A stretch of 54,425 nt of DNA, filler included, from Bipalium vagum (lineage: Eukaryota): the NCBI GenBank assembly GCA_037834085.1. It is 3 parts of 3 records of this genome, joined end to end, with 100 filler letters (N's around TTAATTAATTAA, not from the genome) between each part and the next. Parts side by side here need not be neighbours in the genome. Positions count along the whole stretch, not along the records: positions 21,102 to 37,656 come from JBBMKC010106004.1; 2 more parts are not named here. One strand, written 5' to 3'. Under the pieces are notes generated by a model. It had not been told where the DNA came from. It did no database searches and saw only the letters and a program-made list of their open reading frames with translations. The translations under genes and the position numbers were made by a program. Below are positions 23,482 to 36,999 of this stretch, piece by piece; the stretch's first letter is position 1, and every line of letters starts with the position of its first letter.

Positions 23482-25925
23482 TATACCAACACAATAACTA
23501 TCTCTTAATTAGAAAAATGTTACGTCCATTACAGATGTCGGTATCAATATTCTTAAATATTCTTATAAGTAAAATTTATTTTAATTTTAAATACTTTTCC
23601 ATAGTAAAAGTGAAAGGAATCTATATTAAAAATCAATAAAAACTGAAATAAACAATTAAAATTTTAAAAACACAATATTGATATTGAAAGTTATTTCTGA
23701 ATTTCATTAATTTTTAATAAGACAATAAGTAAATAAATAAAAAATCTATTATTTCAAATCGATGCGAAGAAAATTAAATAAAATTATTTATAATTTTTAA
23801 AATAAAATTTATAAATATTATTAATAATTCATAATTCATCAAAAACAAAATTGTTTATTCAAAATTTAATCCTATGCAAAGCTCACTTAAAAGTCCTTTG
23901 GTTAAGTCATATAAAGGAAACAATTAATAATGACTTTAAAATTAGATAATTTATTTTATTTTTAGTTAAAAATATTTTTAATATACAAAATGAAATCAAA
24001 GACCTCAAATTGAACAAAAATTATATTTTTTCTATAATCATATAAAAATCTTTAAACGATTGAATAAAATGATTTTTCCTAATCAATATTTTTTCGTTAA
24101 ATTTTATCGTATTACAATAATATTATTCATTCAATCAATTATTATCATCTTCCAGTAAGAATATTGGAAACCACTAAAAATTATTATTTATACTTAATAT
24201 TCTTAATGTAAAGTATCCATAATTTCCAAAAATCATAATATTATTCATCGGGTCGTTATTCATTTCTTTCAGATTTTTATATTTTTTTCCTTACAATTTT
24301 ACCGTAAAATTTTTTATGAAAAAAAATCACTATTTTGAATATTTCAACTGATAATTAAATTTCATCAGTCAAAATTGATTACATAAAAATTATGTAAATT
24401 ATTAAATACAATATAAAATAAATTGAAAAAATTCAATTAAATTTTAAATATGAAAATCTGATCAAAAACCATTGTGAATATTGTTGAAAGATAATTTAGA
24501 AAAATATGGATTCTTTAATTTTCCCAATATTTTTAAAATTAATTTAAAATTCCAATTCACACGGTTAATAAACACTTAATTATAAAAAGGTTATTAAATT
24601 AAAAATATAGGGAAATATATTTGCTTTTTCAGAATTAACGAAGTGTTACAAAAATAAAATTTCGATTTTAATTATATTTTAATTAAAAATCAATAATATC
24701 ATATTATTGATTAAATTCTTTATGATAATAAATTATCTTTTCTATTATTAGATTATTTAATTTTTTCTTTAATTTTTTTCACATTTTATTAGTTTCTGTA
24801 TTAGAATGACACAAAATAAAAACAAGAATTATTTAATGGATGCATTAAATATTTTTCATAATTATCATTAGACATGTTTTACTTATTTTCATTTTACTTT
24901 TCAAGTTTTCAATCAACATTAGGTTGAAAGTTGATTTAACTGTTGCATTAAAATTTTTTCTAATTATAAAATGCTAAAAATGTTGACGATCCATACTTAT
25001 CATTGTGGCCGAAATTGTTAGAGGTTGATATTCATAGTATGATGGATAGGAAATTCCGTTGGTATTGGTACCAGACCTTGTGCACCATAGCCTGGTTGCC
25101 GGTAGTTGGATCGGAGTCCCAAGCCACTTTGTTGACATTTCTCGATCTCATTCGACGAATGATATGCCTGAAAGCAGATATATGCAGCAGTTAATCTCTT
25201 CTGGCTGTCAGAAAATGAAAAAGTTCAATCAAAAAAGATCCCAAAATTATTTAAATTAATTAATTAACCTAAAATAACGTGTTTTCAATTCTTTAAAAAT
25301 AATAAATTAATTTAAATATTTCCAAAATTACAACATAATAGTTAACATAGCAGAATATCTGTAATATTGCTATTGTAACAGTTGATCTGAAGCATATATA
25401 CCATTATATACTTTGAATGTGGGATCGATTCTGTCATCAGTTTATCCAATTTCAAAAACTTGATTTCTCTTATATTTGATAAACAGTAAGACCCTTTCTC
25501 ATTAAAAAAGTTTTTTTTTCAGAAATTAAACCATATTTAGTCTCATTGCTTGTTTTTTTATCGAGGGCTTGAATAAAATATTGGATTTATGGCAGACATT
25601 TTAGCTTTTACCTAATAATATTTTTGGAATCAAATTTATTTTATGGAAATGCATTAAAGCAGAGTGGTTGTTAGATTTGTTGGAAAAATAATTATTTTCA
25701 AAATTTCCATTTTTTTAATTTATCCAAATTTTTATCTCCATAGTATATTTTAAAAAAACCCTTCTTGGATATATCTAAGGAAATTTCACTGAATATCTTT
25801 TGCCAGTTTAGTTAAAACCTACATAGAAAATGAAATGAAATAAAAAAAAGCACAAATATCAGACAACTGAAAAAATAGAAGTTTCGAGTGTAGGTAAAAT
25901 AGTCTTTCTGTAAAGGTAATATATT

Positions 25926-25978
25926 GATATAATATAATATAATATAATATAATATAATATAATATAATATAATATAAT
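25926..25978. repeat. (AATAT)n pentanucleotide microsatellite
   Basis: About 10 tandem AATAT units. Confidence 0.95.
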
Positions 25979-27469
25979 GCTTTATTTTAATTTCATTAAT
26001 CCATTGGGAATAGTTTATATTTTAAACTATTGAACAAATTTTTAACATAAATTCCGTTTAGGATTTTCTACAATAGTTCTGAGACTTACTAAACCCATAG
26101 TACAATGTTTTTAAAATAACATGGAATATGGAAGCAGTTGCCGTTATAATTGAATTGTCTTTATGTATGTATTATACTCTCAATGCATCAAATATCATTA
26201 AACAATGAGGAGATTTATTGTAGAAAATCTCTATGTCAGTAGAAATAAATGATTTTGACTTGTTCTCATACATACTGTGTACATCTTTGAATACAGTGGG
26301 CAGAAATGAGCATATATAACAATTGATGTTATACAAACATTTGAAACAATACAATGCTATTGTGAAATTCTCTTCACATTTACTTCATTTTTCTCTGGTA
26401 GTTGTAAATTGTGGCAATAGATTTACGAACATTTGTGGTAAACGTATTTGTAGATAAAGTTCACATTGGGTTTGGTTTGGAAAGGAATCAAAAGAAATAT
26501 GGGGTTATTTTTCTTGTGCTCTCGTATCAAGAATAAATGAATTCCATTGTGAATAATTATAAATTGTGAATAATTATATACATATATAATTAATTATTAT
26601 TATTATTAATTATTATATGTATATGATATTATTAATATTATTTTTATAATTTAATATTATGTTATTAGCTAAACTTCATAGATAAATTCGATATTTCTAT
26701 TGCCCCAATATTAAATTTTTTTTATTAATATTAATGAAAAATTAAATTTTTTTCTGTGCATATTTCTTCATTTATAAAATTTAAAAAAGAAAGTTTAGAA
26801 ATCTTTATATCGATGAAAGAAGAAACTTAAATTCTGAATTCAAGTATAACCTCGCTCGTCTAATTCCTGCTTGACAGAAGTCTTTTCTGTTAGCAAAGGA
26901 GGAACAAATTCTGATCAGATATCAAAACGTGGAATAATCAATACCAGTTTGGATCAATCAATTTTCATGATCTTTGCAACATAAATTAAATTCAAGAAAA
27001 ATTTAAAAAAATCGAGTATTCGTCAAGTTTTTAATTCATTGATCTTATCAATTAACGAAAAATGGGAAGAAATTAAGTTTCACAAAAATCAATAATTTTA
27101 GTTTCAGTTTAATTAATTAAATTTAATTATATAATTTTAAAGTGAATTTAATTTTATTGAAAAAAATTCCAATTTTTTAAGGATTTAATAATATTTATAT
27201 ATATTAATAAAATATTAATTAATTAAATTATTTAAATTTTCTAATATATCTTTTATGATCCATCATTTGTTTTCCGCATCTTACTGCTTTAGTTAATTGT
27301 TGATGTCGAATAATTTAAATTATAGTTACTTAAACTAATTATTTAAATAATTATCTGAGGTTCAGGAAATTTTGAATATCTTTTGATTCTTGTAATAAGT
27401 CAGTTTTATGAAAACATTTAATGGAGTTTGTGAGGAAACTTAATTCTGTTTTTACATTTAAAATCCATG

Positions 27470-27800
27470 CTGTTCAGCAGTTACAGAATGATAAAATTTT
27501 CTCTGGAAGGTATATTGGCAGAAGAAAACCTATTGATTGGTTACTAAGGTCAGCGGACCCTACCCCATGGACTTTTTGTGTGTGGGGGGGGGCATATTAA
27601 GTAGATAGCTTATTCACAACCAATTCTTTCATTGAAAGATTTGAAACAAAGAATCAGCGATCTATTTACCAATATGCCAATCGAATTTTGTGAAAAAACT
27701 TGCTTGTCTGCCCCAAACATTTTATTTTGTTTTCAGAAAAATAAAGGCAAGCATTTTGAAAATAAATAAATGTTTAATTTAAAAACTATTTTACATTGAT
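27470..27800 (+). mobile_element. DD41D-type transposase C-terminal remnant
   Basis: YIGRRKPIDWLLRSADPTP resembles WIGRxGPxxWPxRSPDLTP. Confidence 0.65.
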
Positions 27801-28087
27801 AGGTACTTTTTGGTAATCACTAATGAAGTTGTAAAACTACTTAATTGAAAATAAATATATAAATAAATAAATAAATGTTTTTTATATATTGAAAAGTATT
27901 TATTTTAAAAGTCAATTTTTCTAGTCAACAATATCAAAATATAAAGTACTGTAAGAATGGTCAAACATTGAATGCTTGTCTTAGTAATAAATCCACTTAA
28001 TAAATCATGATTTCCACTAATGTGTACCATATTCTTTTTTCAACTTTTATTTTCGTAATGAAAAATTGATATATAATCTGTTTTTAG

Positions 28088-28228
28088 GCATTCGACTCAA
28101 CTGTAATATAATTGTGGCTCCTGTTCGTAACGAAAGTGGTGAAGTTAGGTTATATATTTTGACCTTTCAATCAGATCTCGAAAACAATAGACAACACAGT
28201 TATCACAATTCCATGGAAGAAAAAGAAC
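28088..28228 (+). CDS. KCNH2: ERG/KCNH2-like K+ channel, PAC-motif exon
   Basis: TTTTTAG acceptor; (G)IRLNCNIIVAPVRNESGEVRLYILTF resembles hERG [27 protein letters not shown]. Donor at 28229 (phase 1). Not in the ORF track. Confidence 0.85.
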
Positions 28229-28924
28229 GTTAGGATATTTTTTTATTTCATTTTATGAATAAAACAATTGTAAGCCACGATTTTCATTATTTATTTATTT
28301 ATTAAATAAATCCACACAACAGAAGAAATGTCAATCACACCCCAGTGACAGTAATGACATTTTTTTTTGTTTATTTCTATTATAATTCTCGAAGAATGGC
28401 TGTTTAAAGATAAATTACTTCAGAATTAAAAAAAAATCATGTTAATTAGCTATGAAAGTCGTAATCTACAAATTCATAACGAGAATATGAAAAATCAATA
28501 TTTTCCCCGATAAGTTTGAATTTCAGAATAATTATTTATGAATTAAGTTCAATGTTTGATTTATTGGTTTTATAAAAGTAATATGATTCTGAAACCATTA
28601 AGTAGAATCAGTTGCAAATTGCTACTTCTTCTAAGTTATTATTTGACTGCCATATTACAGACATTTCACTAAACCCTTTCTAAAGTATGTTATAATTTAA
28701 ATATCATTGTTATTCTCAGTTGGTAGTCCTGAACATATTTTAGTATCGTAATATTGTTTTGAACCACTTAAAAGACGTGGAGTCGTCAACGGTGTTCTCA
28801 CTTGGGGCAGCAAACTTCATTTTTGCATTTTCGGAAATTAAAAAAACATATGTTAAAATGGTCTTATTTTCAATTTTAATTCTGAAAAAATTGTAAATCG
28901 ATTTTTTTGATGATGTATAAAATA

Positions 28925-29430
28925 ATATTGGGAGAGTATATTAATTTTAGACTTTTGGAGAACTGTTAATAATTATTTTATAACAAATAAACACATTAAA
29001 TAGATACATAAAATATTTCCAATCAAAGTATTTTCCATCGTTAAAAATGACTTTCTTCCATAAATCTGGCAACAACGATTTTCCTTTAAAATAAATCTAA
29101 TTAGATATCCAATTTTGAATATCTTACAAGTTGAATTGCATTTATTCCATGTATAAATGAAAATCTGTTGGAGGTATATCTGGAGAGATTTTCCATTGCA
29201 GGTCTACTAGTGTTTGGTTGACGACTGAAGAAAGATGTGATCTCGCATTGTCATACAAGAGAATGATTTTGTGTCGATTGCTGCATATTGCAGGTCTTAT
29301 TTTAATCAATTCACCATCTAATCTTTTTAGTTACTGTTGAAATCGTTTCCCCTCAACTATTTCTTTCGATTTCAAAGTTCATGATGCACGATACTTCGCA
29401 TATTCCAACGAATAAAAGCAAACTTTATTA
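28925..29430 (-). mobile_element. Mariner remnant
   Basis: Minus strand ILLYDNARSH and SPDIPPTDFHL, ending DGKYFD. Confidence 0.75.
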
Positions 29431-29439
29431 TCATAATTA

Positions 29440-30555
29440 TGGTTCCGGAAAAATGAGTTGAAGTCAAAGTCGAGTCTGACATGTCTGATTTTGACAATGT
29501 CCTTTTTGATAATGATTAGAGTCCACAAACGGAAATTAGTAACAAACCAAATATGATAACCGGGTCAGAGCTTAACGACTTAATTAGCAATTAATTATAA
29601 CCAATTGTTGATTTGTGCAGATTTAAAAGTTGTGGCCATAATAAATAGACTTCAAGTTGGTTAAACGAAGTATGTGTTTTCTGTATCCATGGGGCAGTCG
29701 AGCAAAATTCGAACATTACATAAGATCTAACTGTCCAAATCGATTCATCTTTGAATCTGGAAATCACAATGTAATTAATTTCCCACTTGTAGGCAAACAT
29801 AAAATTATTCTACCACCTCTTCATATCAAACTGGGACTCATAAAGCTGTTCGTAAAGGATTTGAATTATGAAAAACCATCTTTTCAGTACTTGAAAATAA
29901 AATTTCCGAAATTAAGTGATGCAAAAATAAAACAAGGGATATTCGTTTGTCCAAAAATCCGTCAATTCATGACAGAATGAGTTTCGAAGATTCATTTCGT
30001 GTAGACGAATTAGGAGCATGTAATGTGTTTAAGAGCGCATGCCATGGTCGGCTAGGAAAATACAAGAAAACGAATTATGTGCAGTTAGTAAATGATTTAT
30101 TAAAAACTTATAAGACTTTGAGTGGTCTGATGTCACTAAAACTGCATTTCATGCATTCTCATCTGTCATTTTTATCAGAAAATTGTAGTGACTTTAGCAA
30201 TAAGCAGCATGAAAGATCTCTTCAAGACGTTGAAATTTTGAAAAGCAGATATAGAGGAAAATTGATTCTCGTTATGATAGCCGACCTCTACTGGGGTTTA
30301 AAATGTGATAAAGCAAATGTTGAATAAAAACGGAAGACTAAATACTAAAAAAATGTAAAATAAATATTTATATTGTAACTATTTTTAAAAATATAATACT
30401 ATTACACTATTATTTTTGCAAAAATATTGTTTATGTTAATGTTAAGGGTACTATGATAAAACAGTTTGTATATTTGGGGGCATCGTATTGAAATTATCTA
30501 AAAACTATTTATTTCAATTATGAGTTTTTAAAAGTTCAAAATTTTTTGGTCATTG
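29440..30555 (+). mobile_element. Chapaev3-like transposase remnant (C-terminal two-thirds)
   Basis: ICADLKVV, KIILPPLHIKLGLIKLFVK, LSDAKIKQGIF, MSLKLHFMHSHL, QHERSLQD, MIADLYW. A possible 5' end CACTTGGGGCAG lies at 28799. Confidence 0.8.
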
Positions 30556-31130
30556 TCATTACATAATTTATATATTAGGAGTACCCACAAGTAATCAATT
30601 ATTTAAGTGGCAAAACGAAAAAGAATTTAAATACATTTATTTCTATTTTTAATGGATTATATAATTTCCATCGTTGCCTAGGACCTTTTATTTTTAATAT
30701 TTTATTGATTTTTTATTTTCATTAATTAAATTTAATTTAATACTTTAAAATAAAAAATTTTTAATCTTTAATATTATTTTTTGAAAATAAATATTAATCA
30801 AATAGTTTATATAAATTTTTCGGGTTTTTGGTAATTTTGTTATTTTCAATATTATTAATAAAATTACAATAGTATTGAAATACTGATTATTTTTATGATT
30901 ACAATCACAGAATAATCTTTATTATCTCTATTATTATTTATGGATTTTGCAATCACAATAGGTAAGGAAATAGGATAGAGACTATACATTGGAAACCAAA
31001 CACTAGCATGTATATAATTAAAGTAAATGGGTTTAACTTTATTTTAAAAAAAGAATACCTTACAAAATTAATAAATCAATTCTTATGAAATGTGTTTTAT
31101 GAAATAAAGCATTTTTTTGTTTTTATATAG

Positions 31131-31526
31131 ATGGATTTTCATTAATTTCACAAATACAGAACATTGTCAGTTGGGTAATGCGGCCTTGGAAACGGAGGAA
31201 TTCAGCTCAAGAACAATTTGACTCAGATATACGTAGGGACACTATTCCCAAATGCCTTCCGAGACATATTGACTGTGCCGAGGAAACCTCATTCAGCAAT
31301 AAAATGGATCCACAATATTCTGATTTGATCAGCCAGCGTGGGAAAATTTGTGAAAATAATTCCAAAGACAGTCGCTATGAAAACCAGTATAGACCATCGA
31401 TTATTATGAGCAGTCCTAACCAAAGTTATATCGGACCTGAAGGGGAAGAATTCCGCACAAGTTCCTTTCGGTCAAATGCACCAGAAGTAACCCCTACATC
31501 AAAATTCAGGAAAGCCTTAAAATCAA
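31131..31526 (+). CDS. KCNH2: ERG/KCNH2-like channel, N-terminal linker exon
   Basis: TATAG acceptor; phase 1 joins in frame with ORF 31178. The probable donor GTCATT at 31527 (phase 1) matches the next exon. Confidence 0.72.
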
Positions 31527-32379
31527 GTCATTTTTTTAATATTGTTTTAATTAAAGAAAACTTTTTATAAAATATTATTTATTTTCATGATAAAATATTT
31601 TTATAATTAAAATTTTGAGAACAATTACTCAATTATATATGATATGCAACGAATTATAAGATAACTTGTGTCTACACTCAGTCTGAGAAAAGAAGTTAAA
31701 GAAATCTGTAAAAAATAAATTTCAAATGAAAAAAGTGATTTTTAGATTTTTTATATTTTTGTATAATTATTATTATCTCTTTGTTTTAATTAATAGTTTT
31801 TTTTAAAAATAAATCAGTAAACTTTAAAAAAATGTATATCAAAATTCGTCAATAATTTCTTTTCCTCTAGACTAGAATCTAAGAAGCTTAGTTATTATAT
31901 TATTTAGGAAAATCTCATTTTAATGTTTGATTAAAATTTTTTTAGATATTTTTTAACAATTGTCACTCGAAGGAAAAATAAAAGAAATATTCATTTTATT
32001 TAACGAAAATTATTTTTCGAAAAAAAATACGGTTAATTTTTGAATTTTCCTGTTGCAAATTTTTAAATTATATTTTCTCTTTCCAATTAAGATTCGAACA
32101 ATAATTTTGTTTAAATTTGTGTAAATATTTATATAAATATTTGAAAATCTGCAATGAAATTGCAAATATTCTTATACATTTTATTAGAAAATAATATTAA
32201 TCATATTCAGTGCAACAAATCTTAAGATCACTAATTCTACCCAGGATAAATAATTAATCATTTGTAAAAAAACAAATTTATTATCCATTGACTGTCAGAT
32301 AATTATCAAGTCAATTCACAAATAAAACGGGTTTTCGAATATTATACTTTTAATTAATGAAAATCTTTAAATAAATCTT

Positions 32380-32690
32380 CATTACCAATACCACTTTCCC
32401 AAATTTGTCTTTGATGATACTTGGTATTTTTGTTGAGCATTCATTTCTTTTCCCCTGTCACAACTTGATCCGGAAAAATTGAATTCTGATTTGGCAAAGT
32501 AAATAATAGGCTTCATTCACTTTTTTAGTGCGGTTAAATATGAAAAGTTCGTGAGGATCAATGAAGGATACTGGGGGATTTTTTAACAGACGCTTAAGAA
32601 TTGAGAAATGATGGCATGTAAAATCCTAAATTTTTCAGGTTTTCCTAAACCACTACGAAACCTTATTCTATGATACTCACAACTATAATA
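32380..32690 (-). mobile_element. Gypsy pol remnant (RT-RNaseH connection)
   Basis: FSILKRLLKNPPV and KPIIYFAK resemble F..LK..L..PPVL and RPIAYFSK. Confidence 0.45.
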
Positions 32691-33008
32691 ATATATGATT
32701 GGTAAATTATTAAATAAGATTAATATATAATAATTACCCGTAAATACTCTTTTCCAGGGATAAATTTTGTCATACTTAAATCTAAAAATATTAAATTTTA
32801 ATAATATTTAATTGATTATCATAGTAAACAATATGTATTAAAACAAAGTACAATATATAATCAATATGATTGATCTATTTTTATATCATAAAAATAGACT
32901 TTAAAAATTTCGCATTATTTAACGATACATCTAATAGTTAACATTAATACTTTTGTATCCCAAGAAATATTTTTCTATCTGCCTAACACTTATGAACATT
33001 AGTTTATA

Positions 33009-33392
33009 TAGGGTGTTTCATAAATATGTATAAGCTTTTAAAGCAAAAATAATCAACTAATTTTCAACCAAATTTATTAATCCAAGCGTTTTTTGTACAA
33101 AAATATTCAAATAAAAATGGCAATCAACAAATTTAAGTAATAATATATTCAAATAGTTCAGCTTGTATTCCTTGGATATCTATATATTTCTGTAATCTTG
33201 GCAATACAGATCTGCGAACTTTCTGACAAAGATCTATTGGAATCAGACTGATTTTTCCATAACGTTTTCCAGACATTTATAAAATATTTATAATTCTCCA
33301 ATGATTTATCTCCAATAATATATAAAAATCATTCATGTTTATTGAAAAATTGATTAATTTTTATTTGTTTAACATATTTATGAAACGCCCTG
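33009..33392 (-). mobile_element. Non-autonomous Tc1/mariner (rosa-like) derivative
   Basis: TIRs AGGGTGTTTCATAAATATGT / ACATATTTATGAAACGCCCTG with TA flanks. Confidence 0.8.
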
Positions 33393-33599
33393 TATACAAT
33401 CTCTTTAAGCGACCAAGTTTAAAATTTAAAAAATTATTTAATATGTATATTTCTTAGAATGTATTTTTGTACTTAGTCTTATCAAATGTTGTTTTGGTGA
33501 AAATAAAAACGATGTCTCGGAAAAATTGAAGAATACTGGGATAATCAAACTGTAAAAATTATACATTCCTATTTGAATAAGGAATTTAAGACAAGATTT

Positions 33600-35080
33600 C
33601 TGATCTCAATTTAAATTTTCTGTTGACAAGAAAGTAATGTCGTATTTTATATGGAAATGTGTTATACAATTTCAGTTTATCTGTGACCAATAAAAATCTT
33701 TTAAGTATCAAAAAATCCACTTTTAATCGAAAAAAAATCTTGTAATACACTTTTATTATTCTGTTCCACCTTAAATTATTTTTCATTTAAAAGATGTTGG
33801 AATTACCAGATTTTATGAAAACCTGGTGTAACAATATCTTGGTTATTGCTTGAATATGGGGAAACTTTATTGCCAAATTTCATCAATATTTTTCGGCATT
33901 CATTGCGAAAACGAGATCTGATCTAGTTCTCTACGTGTGGCTGATTTTTTGAATTATTGGAACAACTAATGTCAATAGACATCAACAGTGGGAACTGGAT
34001 TTCTATCTATCTCAACCTATCTCACCAGAAGCACAGTATTCGATTTGTACATTAATATTGAATTTTGTTAGAAATGACCAGGTAAACAACAAGATCATTT
34101 ACGTTCGATGTTATTGTATGTAATCAATTTCTTATTACTTGTCATCAATCAATCGAAAAAAGGCATAAAACACTAAAATTTTAATTCAAGTTAGACGCTT
34201 TCTTACAATTCTTCGCACTTTGCCGCTTAATTCGTATGCTTATTTATCTCAAAAATGACAATATAAGTTAACCACCAGCCTGTGGGTGTTTCACTGATTC
34301 GTTAAGGTTTATGGTGATTTCCCACAAGCCTCAGAGAAAAATTTCTTACTGTCGTTGTTCTCAGTTGTACTAGAGAAATCAGACCAGATTTGGCTGAAAC
34401 CAATTTTTTTCTTCTGGCCTCAGGTCAAGGCAAATTGAGAGTTTTTATATTGGCGCCTGCCGAATAGATCAGAACAAACAATTACACGGTTCATATGTTT
34501 ACGATCAGTAAGGTTACGCGGTTTCTATTTACAGAATTTCTGAATGTATGACGTGGTATTTATGTGATTTTCATGGCTGTAAGATGCTTGACATTTTTCT
34601 GCAACTTCTTTTCTCGTCACAATCAATCTTTCAATGTCAAATTACCCTCTCAAAAACGAACAAACCATCGTCGAGCTATACGAATCTGTAGCTCATTCGG
34701 TCCATAGTCGGTATACAAATATTTAGTTGCCAGAATTTGGTTTTGTGCGTTTTTGGAACTCACAAAGCATACAATGTTTCATATGTCTAATGACACATTT
34801 AAGATTGGAAAAATAGAGAAAATTATGACACGCATAAGTTTGAAATATGTCATTTGATTGAGGACAATTTATGTAGTTCATACAAACAAAACAAATTTCG
34901 ATTATGGAACATGAAGATTAAGAGTTGGTCCGTTTGTAACGCATATACAATACCACATTATTTTCTTCAAGTTACTTACTATTGAATTTCAACTATGGAA
35001 ATAACACAACTCGATTTAATGATTGTAACATCCTTCAAATGTAGCGATAATTGGACTCATAAATTAAACTTTGTTAGTTA
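33600..35080 (-). mobile_element. Gypsy integrase remnant in a KCNH intron
   Basis: Minus strand YFSNLKCVIRHMKHCMLCEFQKRTKP (CxxC of the integrase Zn finger) and an SPY..NQ.IV-like core segment. Confidence 0.55.
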
Positions 35081-35146
35081 ACTATTTTAAGGTTGTTTTT
35101 ATCAATCACACTTAGCAAAATTTAATTCCATGGTCTTGACATTTAG

Positions 35147-35322
35147 ATACAGACGTTGAAGGAGACAGTTCTAAAGACGAAGACTGGCTTAAGTTACCAA
35201 ATCAAAGTTCCAAAAAACGTTTGAGCATGAACACTAAGCACGATTCTTTTAATCGCGGTCTCGTTGTCAATACAGACGTTCAAGCTTCAATACACAGTAA
35301 TGTTGCAGACAAATTTACCCAG
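35147..35322 (+). CDS. KCNH2: ERG/KCNH2-like channel, pre-S1 exon
   Basis: TTTAG acceptor; ends HSNVADKFTQ, like hERG HNVTEKVTQ. Donor at 35323 (read-through hits TAA). Confidence 0.85.
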
Positions 35323-35365
35323 GTTCTCTAATGGTATTGTTTATGATAAATGATTTTCGTCTTAG

Positions 35366-35566
35366 ATGCTTTCTTTTGGTTCGGAAGTGAATCCCGATCG
35401 AAAAATGCAGTCTTTGAGAATGCACAGATGTACTTTGAAACATTACGGCTTAGTGAAAGCCGTTTGGGATTGGCTGATATTGATATTGGTTATTTATACT
35501 GCTATAATTACGCCATATGTGGCTGCTTTTTTGCTTAACGACGAGGAGAAACGAAAAAGAAACAAA
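35366..35566 (+). CDS. KCNH2: ERG/KCNH2-like channel, S1 exon
   Basis: MLSFGSEV…[32 protein letters not shown] resembles hERG VLSLGADV…[32 protein letters not shown]. Donor GTTAGT at 35567. Confidence 0.93.
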
Positions 35567-36051
35567 GTTAGTATTCATTAAATGATAAAGTTAAGTAAAA
35601 ATATCAATAAAGAATTGTTAATTATGAGGAAATTCACATTTAATCTAGGAATCTTTGTAAGATCTTCTCATTAGTTCTATCATATATCTGAGTGGGTAAT
35701 TATAACTGAATTTTTGCAGAATATATATTTACATTTATTTATTTATTTATATATTTCTATATGTTTAATGGAAACATTAATTAGCCGTCATCATTCCAAA
35801 ACTATATTGCTATCCAACATTAATAATGCTATTAATAAAAACACCTTGTTATGTTTGTTGCTTAAAAATAAAAGTGGTAATGATTATTTTATAGTATATT
35901 ATATTTCTGTATCGTCAGAACATTATATAAAACTATCTTGGATTTTATTATTATCAAATAATAAAAGATATTTTTTATGTTGACTTGCCATTTTTATAAT
36001 TTATTAAAAGTTAATTATTATGAGAAATGTAATAAATTATAAATTATAATA

Positions 36052-36189
36052 NNNNNNNNNNNNNNNNNNNNNNNNNNNNNNNNNNNNNNNNNNNNNNNNN
36101 NNNNNNNNNNNNNNNNNNNNNNNNNNNNNNNNNNNNNNNNNNNNNNNNNNNNNNNNNNNNNNNNNNNNNNNNNNNNNNNNNNNNNNNNN
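36052..36189. other. Assembly gap (138 N)
   Basis: N run without linker. Confidence 0.98.
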
Positions 36190-36853
36190 AATATTAAAAA
36201 ATAATTATAACCCCTTTATTTAATTTTTTAACATTTAAATTAATAATTTTATAAATTTAAAATTAAAAATATATAGAATTTAGATGATAATAAAATAATA
36301 GTAAATAATAATCAAAACTTATAAAAAGTGATATTGACAAGGAAAAGTCAAAAATTGAATCTAATTAATTTTTAGTTATCAAATGTTTTAATTAATCAAT
36401 AAGTAGCTTAGTATTTTGCAAAAATAAAAAATATTAAAATAAAAAACGAAAAGGTTTTTTAACATTGAAATTTGATAGGATCTCTAATGAGCATTAAATT
36501 TTGTAGAATAAATATTGACAGATTTGTTAATCTGCTACTGTTCAGAATCATTTTTAATATATGAAGCTTATCGATCCCTGAAATTGTTTTCAAAGAATTA
36601 CAAGTTAAACTTTTCATCTACAACAATGATATAAAATAATGATGAATAAAATACTTTTTCCGTGCTGGAAAATACCCCAACACTTTCCTAATTGGAACTT
36701 TTTCTATTGAATATAAAAACTTTATTTGCATTAATAAACAAGATAACGAGAAAATATTAAAGTATTAAAGTAATAGAAGTCACATAAAAATCCGGTGAAA
36801 ATTTTTTTTCGAAACGACCTGTATAATGTAAATTTAAATAGGAAATTTATTAA

Positions 36854-36857
<4 letters not shown>

Positions 36858-36887
<30 letters not shown>

Positions 36888-36908
36888 GTAATAATAATAA
36901 TAATAATA
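36858..36908. repeat. (AAT)n microsatellite
   Basis: Near-perfect AAT run. Confidence 0.95.
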
Positions 36909-36999
36909 GGTCTAGCAATAAATATTCTAAATTCTTACTATATATAAAGTAAGTATTGCAATTGTTTTAAAAAATAAATTTATAATTGATTTTCAGATC

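Noticed and set aside
26874-26927. Possible KCNH PAS exon (KSFLLAKEEQILIRYQN)
   Set aside because: Only faint similarity, and the available donor phase does not match the PAC exon.
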